From positions 800,001 to 864,000 of the forward strand of contig CAWDSK010000003.1 of the NCBI GenBank assembly GCA_963804995.1: DNA of 64,000 nt, read 5' to 3'. The translations under genes were made by a program, and so were the position numbers. Position 1 is the stretch's first letter. The number at the start of each line of letters is the position of its first letter. The stretch comes from an uncultured Acidobacteriota bacterium (GTDB lineage: Bacteria; Acidobacteriota; Terriglobia; UBA7540). Shown piece after piece: positions 58,911 to 64,000 of the stretch. The notes beneath the pieces are model-generated. The model saw nothing but the letters and a program-made list of their open reading frames with translations. It had not been told where the DNA came from and ran no database searches.

Positions 58911-60424
58911 CTAATCCAAAACATTATTCTTGCCTTTGGACTCATTCACAATCACCCGGTTGAAATTCCCCTGGATGGTATTCCGCTCACAGGTAGTGTA
59001 ATCGGTCTTCGGCCCCAGGTAGATTGCCACCCGCTCGCCGGCGCGTCCCTTGGCGCGAGTTTCCCGGAGGGTGTTGGATTCCAGCGTGGTGTGTTGTGTG
59101 GTGCCCAGGATTTGGACCCCGAAGCCTGCCTTGCCGGGCGCCCCGTTGTCTTCGAAAACGTTTTCACGAAAGGTATTCCGGCTCCCGGGGTTATTCTCGC
59201 TTTCGTTGCGGATATAGACGCCCGACCTGCCATTCAGGCGCACCACGTTCTTGGTAAAGTTGTTGTCAGTGTCCCGGAATCCGATCGAGATGCCATCCTG
59301 GCCGTTCGACCAGGATTGGTTTTCCTGAAAGACCCCGTGCTGCACGTGCCAGCAGAGATATAAACCATCCATGGCATTGTCGTGAATCTTATTGCGCAGT
59401 ACGGTCGGCCGCAAGGCTACGGTCCCCAGATGGATGCCCAGGCCGGCGTTGCCGTAGGTCTCGCAATCCTGGATCACGGGATCTTCCACAAATTGCGTGC
59501 TGATTCCATCCGATCCGAAGTTGCGCGTCACGATATTCTGAATCGTGAATTTCTTGGAACGGAAAATGTACACGGCGGCGTTGCCACAACCGTTGTTCCA
59601 TCCCGTCTCCTGGTGGTTACCCTCCAAGGTGAGGTCGCTAACACTGAAGCCTTCCACCCCGGTCCCCCAAATCAGCGGGAAGGCAGTCGCAACCTCAGGG
59701 GATTTTTGCACCATGTAGTCCACATCGAGAATCTGATCGAAGAAGAGAGTGGAGCCTTCAATATGGTCGATGGTTTTCACGACGGCGCACCAGCCTCCGC
59801 GGTCGGCCTTGTCAATCAGCGTGACCCCCATGCCGGGTTGAAAGCCCGCCGCGTTTTCCACCGTGGCCTGCGACTGGGTGCTCTCCGCGTCGATGGTGAT
59901 CCGGGTCCTCAGGGCCGGCCCTTTCTTCAGAATGGTTTTATCCTTCCCTTCCCCTTTGAGCGCCACGTGGCTCGCCAGGCGTATCGCATTGGAGAGCGTG
60001 TAAGTCCCGGCCTTGATCAGAACGGTTCCCCCGCCCGCAGCGGCCACGCGGTCCACCGCTTGCTGGATGGCGCGGTTGTCGTCGCCCACCACATCCGCAT
60101 TCTCGTGGCCGACCGTGACGGTCAAGGGCTTCTTCTGCCCACTGCCACCCGGTGAACAGCCCATCCCGCCCAGCAGCAATACCAAAACGGCAAAGCCCAG
60201 CGCGGCGGTGCCGCAACCAAAATCGTGCCATGGCCGTCCCGGCCATGCTCTGAGGCACGGGCGGGACGCCCGTGGCACAAAATCATCGCGGTGCGAAAAG
60301 AAGTTCGGGAATAGTATTCTAGGGAACAGCGGAACGGAGTCCACCTCGGCCGATTCTTAGCCGGCGTCCGATCCACTTTCGAACCATAACCATGATCGTG
60401 CCTTCCAGGAAATGCGGTTCGCAT
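58911..60424 (-). pseudogene. beta-helix lipoprotein (paralogue of 20839-22188) frameshifted by a 122-bp insertion in its signal peptide
   Basis: ATG 60424 has GGGAGG RBS; deleting 60201-60322 joins ...KNRPRWTPFRCS to LGFAVLVLLLGGMGC in frame; body has IQQAVD...GGGTV.I..GTY and PbH1 repeats. Confidence 0.7.
60201..60322. mobile_element. 122-bp MITE/REP-like insertion
   Basis: Bounded by CTAG and CTGG (minus strand); internal paired hairpins GTGCCATGGCCGTCCCGGCCATG / CACGGGCGGGACGCCCGTGGCAC. Confidence 0.7.
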
Positions 60425-60495
60425 GTAAAACCTCCCGGTAGTTCAATCTGCTACCGCTTATCGCATAATTACTAATGTTAACGTGCCGTCCCCGT

Positions 60496-61965
60496 TCACT
60501 TGCCTGCGTGGGCCTTCTGAAGCTGTTCAACCTTGGTGTAATAATCCTTGTCGAATTGCGCCAAGGCGGCTTTCGATACGCCCTGACTCCATTGCTGGCC
60601 TTCCCGCCAGATGAAGACATTATTTTTGAGCGCCGCGTCAATCGCCCCGGCAGTGGGCACCACATCGAAATACTTGCCGGACTTCGGGGTGCTCGAATCA
60701 TAACCTTGTTGCCGGTTCGATCCGTAGTAGCACCAAACGCCCACGGCGTTGCTGATGTTAAAACCACTCACGGTCCAGCGCAGGAAATCGTTCAGCTTCA
60801 GCCCCCACACTCCCGCTTCACCCCGCAAGATGTAGTCCGCGTAGGTGTCGAGGAAGGGACAATAGATGCGTCCATCCTCCAGCGGATCGCTGCTGCAATG
60901 CACATAGAGAATCCGGTCGTCCCCCAGGATTTCCCGGGTTCGCCGCATCACCTCGTAGGACTTGCGGAAGTCCATGGAGATGCCGTCGAAATACAGGCCA
61001 TCCACTTTGTACTCGTCCAGGATCCGCTTCATCTCGGCAAAGATATCCGGGGCCGCGGAGTAATACGGGCTCACATAAACCACCAGCTTCATACCCTGCT
61101 TGTGAACCTCCTCGCGCACACGAATGAATTCCTGCAGGTTGAGCGGCACGTGTTTGGGCGCAAGCCAGGGCTGGGGATGGCCGCGATAGGATTCGGTATG
61201 CTTGATCGGGATGAGTCTCTCTTTGACATCCTCGGGAGCATCCTTCCAGATATAAGCATGCAAGGTATAAACCTTGCAGTGCTGGGCCGCCACTTCAATC
61301 AGATCGTTGCCGGGGTACGCTCCCGCGCCCTCCAGTTCATTCGAGGTATAATCCGCGGGCAGACCGTCGTGCTCAATCGCTTGAAAGGCCCGGCGCCAGT
61401 TATACGGCCGCGGTGGAAAAACCGAAAGCCACGCCTCATCACCCCCGGCAAAATCATAGGCGATGTCCCACGCAGGCTTGGTGAAAACCGGGGCCGACGG
61501 CTGCTTCTTCGCCACGGGGTAGATTCCAAACCCTCCCTCGGCATCCATGAGAATCCATTTGCCCTGTTTTTCGAAGTGATAGGCGGGGTTGAAAAAACCC
61601 TTGAAGCTGGTCTTAGTGTTCTGGTTAGTCTTCAGAATGACCACGCTATCGCCCTGGAAAGTCAGGGTGCCCGCCCGGCAGGAGACCGTGCAGGAAAAGC
61701 CGTCCTGCTTCTGGATGTGGAAAGGTCCCACGGCCGGGGTGAAGCTGATTTCCAGCACGCGTCGCTCGCGAGGAATGCGCTGCCGGCACTGGATGGCGCC
61801 CTGGCTATCGAGCTCGAACTTCGCGCCCGTGGTTACAACTTCAATCTTGCCGCTTTTTTCGGTTGCCGATTCGATCCGCATTCCCAGTGCGGCTCCCGGG
61901 GTTTGCTGAGCGTTAAGGTTTAAGACGCATAGGAGGAAAAATAAAACCGAGCATATCATCCTCAT
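60496..61965 (-). CDS. exported hypothetical protein with glycoside-hydrolase-like TIM-barrel region
   Basis: Signal peptide (LNA-Q), E....V.EVHK.GMKLVVY.SPY, VDGLYFDG, YVHCS, DY.LRGE. Confidence 0.6.
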   Translation of the reverse strand: MRMICSVLFFLLCVLNLNAQQTPGAALGMRIESATEKSGKIEVVTTGAKFELDSQGAIQCRQRIPRERRVLEISFTPAVGPFHIQKQDGFSCTVSCRAGTLTFQGDSVVILKTNQNTKTSFKGFFNPAYHFEKQGKWILMDAEGGFGIYPVAKKQPSAPVFTKPAWDIAYDFAGGDEAWLSVFPPRPYNWRRAFQAIEHDGLPADYTSNELEGAGAYPGNDLIEVAAQHCKVYTLHAYIWKDAPEDVKERLIPIKHTESYRGHPQPWLAPKHVPLNLQEFIRVREEVHKQGMKLVVYVSPYYSAAPDIFAEMKRILDEYKVDGLYFDGISMDFRKSYEVMRRTREILGDDRILYVHCSSDPLEDGRIYCPFLDTYADYILRGEAGVWGLKLNDFLRWTVSGFNISNAVGVWCYYGSNRQQGYDSSTPKSGKYFDVVPTAGAIDAALKNNVFIWREGQQWSQGVSKAALAQFDKDYYTKVEQLQKAHAGK

Positions 61966-62236
61966 CGCCACACTCCTTTTTCCCGCTGTCTCGTTGGCAG
62001 CGCCAGCCACGGTCTCGCGAGCCTTGACCGCCGGCTCTTCTCATGCAGGGCTGGGGGCCGGAGCATCTCCGCTTCGGCCTTCCGGCGCCCGGCATTGTCC
62101 CTCATTTCCATTCTGAATACCATTCAAGACACTTCGGATCGTTTTCACATCCTGCCCACGCTAAGGGCCACCACGATTCCGAACCAGGGCACAGGGCTCC
62201 CTAAAAACCAACCGGCCATCATCGAGAACGGCCTTG

Positions 62237-62327
62237 GTAGTGTCGTCCTAGTTTGAACGTAGCGCCGGCTTCCAGCCGGCATCGAGCCCCGATGCATCGG
62301 GGCGCTACGTTCAAACTAGGACACTAC
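62237..62327. mobile_element. MITE-like palindrome with ~27-bp terminal inverted repeats
   Basis: GTAGTGTC(GTC)CTAGTTTGAACGTAGCGCC ... GGCGCTACGTTCAAACTAGGACACTAC enclosing two small hairpins. Confidence 0.8.
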
Positions 62328-62424
62328 CCCGGTCTTACTAGCGTGCGCGTCAGCAAAGAATTTGTGCTAGTATGGGGCCCTAAGCACAAAGGGCTGAACG
62401 ACTCCGATACGAACGGGTAATCTT

Positions 62425-63237
62425 ATGTCGGATACGAAGGTCACTTCCGTTCCGGCCATAGAGCGTGCGCTCACGGTGCTGGAGTTTCTCGCTCAGTCGA
62501 AATCCGGGTTCTCGACTTCCGAAATAAGCCGCAGACTCGGACTTCCCAAGAGCTCCACCTACCTGATCGTAGGAACCCTGGAACGACTGGGTTTTCTACA
62601 AAAGAACAGTCATACCGGCAGATACTGTTTTGGCCTGAAGCTGATTAACCTCAGCCGCAGCGCGCTCGAGAACCTGGACCTGCGGGAAGAGGCTAAGCCC
62701 TTCTTGCAATCGCTCATGCAAGAGACCCAACTTACGGTCCATATGGCCGTACTGGAGCGCACCGAGGCAGTCATTATTGAGAAGATTCCAGCGCCCGGGG
62801 TGATCCCGTTAGCCTCGTGGGTCGGTCGGAGGCTGGACGTCAACAGCACGGGTGTCGGCAAGGCGCTGCTCGCTTTCCTGAGCGAGGAAGAACTCGACGA
62901 AATCGCGAGACTCAAAGGCTTCCCGAGGCGCAATGACAGTACAATTACTTCCCTCGGCGCCTTGAAGCGGGAACTTGCCCAAGTCAGAGCCCGGGGTTAT
63001 TCCCTGGATGATGAGGAAGACGAAATGGGTCTGCGTTGCATTGGGGCCCCCATTTTTGATTCCAACTCTAAGAGCATTGCCGCAATCAGCGTGGCAGGAA
63101 CGTTAAGTCAGCTCCCATACGAGCGTATTCCAGCTTTGGCGGGCCAGGTAAAGCGGACGGCAGCGCAGATCTCTTCGCGGGTGATTAGCAATTGGAAAGA
63201 ATCTGCGGCTCGAGCCGTTGGGGCTGTGAACTCTTAA
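62425..63237 (+). CDS. IclR-family transcriptional regulator
   Basis: V.AIERAL.VL, LGLPKSS.Y, TGVGKALLA, TIT, GYSLDDEE...G.RCIGAPI, AISVAG. Confidence 0.95.
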   Translation: MSDTKVTSVPAIERALTVLEFLAQSKSGFSTSEISRRLGLPKSSTYLIVGTLERLGFLQKNSHTGRYCFGLKLINLSRSALENLDLREEAKPFLQSLMQETQLTVHMAVLERTEAVIIEKIPAPGVIPLASWVGRRLDVNSTGVGKALLAFLSEEELDEIARLKGFPRRNDSTITSLGALKRELAQVRARGYSLDDEEDEMGLRCIGAPIFDSNSKSIAAISVAGTLSQLPYERIPALAGQVKRTAAQISSRVISNWKESAARAVGAVNS

Positions 63238-63316
63238 AACCCTCGTTAGCCCTCATAGATAACAAGTAAGCGCCGCAGGAGCGATCGAAGACTCCCCATG
63301 ACCGAATGGTTTCGGA

Positions 63317-63850
63317 CCTTATGATGACCCGCCAGTAATCATTATTCTACTTGACAAGGGTCATCCACTGACGGAGAATCCCCCCCGAGAGCACGGCATT
63401 GTGGGGAAGTGATCCGACCGACGATTTCCTGTCCTGACTGCACGTGGAAGACCTTCAATTGCAGTTAACCCGTTTAGCTGCCTTGCTCAAGGAAGTAAAG
63501 TGAAGCGTCCCCGCGACCACTTGCGTGGATGTGTCGTCGCTATTGCCCTCCTGCTTAGTTCCCGCATTCTACCCTTGCCTGTCGCCGCCGCACGAGCCGA
63601 AGCGGCGGGGAACCAAGTGCGCCAATACGAACGAGACGGCTGAAAGGCTTGCGCGTGCGACATGACAAAACGTCGCTAACCCTTAACTCCAATAGGACTC
63701 ATTAGGAATATTGTATCGCTAATGTTTGAAGGAAGAATGAGGAAAGTCATTCATAAGCGTGACAACAGATATTTTCCAACCTATTGGACAGTTGCCCCTG
63801 AGATCTTGTAACTGGCTTGACACTCCAGTCAATGAGGCATACCCTGCGCC
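63317..63850 (+). repeat. fused copy of the TPR-gene promoter/5' end (35512-35840) and receptor upstream region (41333-41550)
   Basis: Shared blocks CTTGACAAGG, GACTGCACGTGGAA, GCTGCCTTGCTCAAGGAAGTAAAGTG, then TGAAAGGC..GCGACATGACAA..GTCGCT..GGACTCATT and CTTGACACTCCAG. Confidence 0.9.
63500..63643 (+). pseudogene. 47-aa N-terminal remnant of a TPR-gene paralogue
   Basis: MKRPRDHLRGCVVAIALLLSSRILPLPVAAARAEAAGNQVRQYERDG* vs MQHPRDHLRRCVASATLLICS...NQAREFERKG. Confidence 0.8.
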
Positions 63851-64000
63851 GATACTGTCGGATGCCGCCCGACATGGGAACGAACCAGTAGGAGGCGGCG
63901 CTGGATCAAAACGATACAACCGCAGCGACTTTTAAATGCCCGGTGGGTGTCTGAGGGTACTTTCCATGAGCAGAAGCCGCTTACTGTTGAGCGCAAATCT

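Overview
A GC-rich bacterial chromosomal window. Its gene content (Oar-like TonB-dependent receptor, TPR-sulfatase-like protein, many twin-arginine-signal catabolic enzymes) suggests Acidobacteriota; this is inferred, not shown. Layout: (1) 0.3-6.9 kb, housekeeping genes (DUF47/PiT phosphate uptake, DUF2520 reductase, uvrB, parvulin PPIase) and a ParE-type TA pair; (2) 7-26 kb, sugar/sugar-acid catabolism (SDR, Zn-dehydrogenase, URO-D-like, Gfo/Idh/MocA, KdgD, class II Fba, two GH20 paralogues, beta-helix, M14-like); (3) 27-35 kb, a decaying cluster of uncharacterised exported proteins (putative clan-CD cysteine protease, putative zincin, related small lipoproteins, OmpA/DUF4892 remnants); (4) 35.5-41.3 kb, a frameshifted TPR gene followed by an island of small stress-type membrane proteins; (5) 41.7-63.2 kb, a PUL-like locus (TonB receptor, Tat-signal DegT aminotransferase, sulfatase-like/TPR, beta-helix, GH35, class III aminotransferase, glutaminase-A-like, IclR). 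I found no rRNA, tRNA, CRISPR array or transposase. The most striking non-coding signal is a hierarchy of miniature palindromic elements. About 30-bp hairpin units with 3-4 bp target duplications sit nested inside REP/MITE-like elements. Larger CTAG/CTGG-bounded elements split an operon (9.1-9.7 kb) and frameshift a lipoprotein signal peptide (60.2-60.3 kb), and a separate palindrome truncates a toxin (6.4 kb). All family calls are by-eye motif recognition, not database searches.
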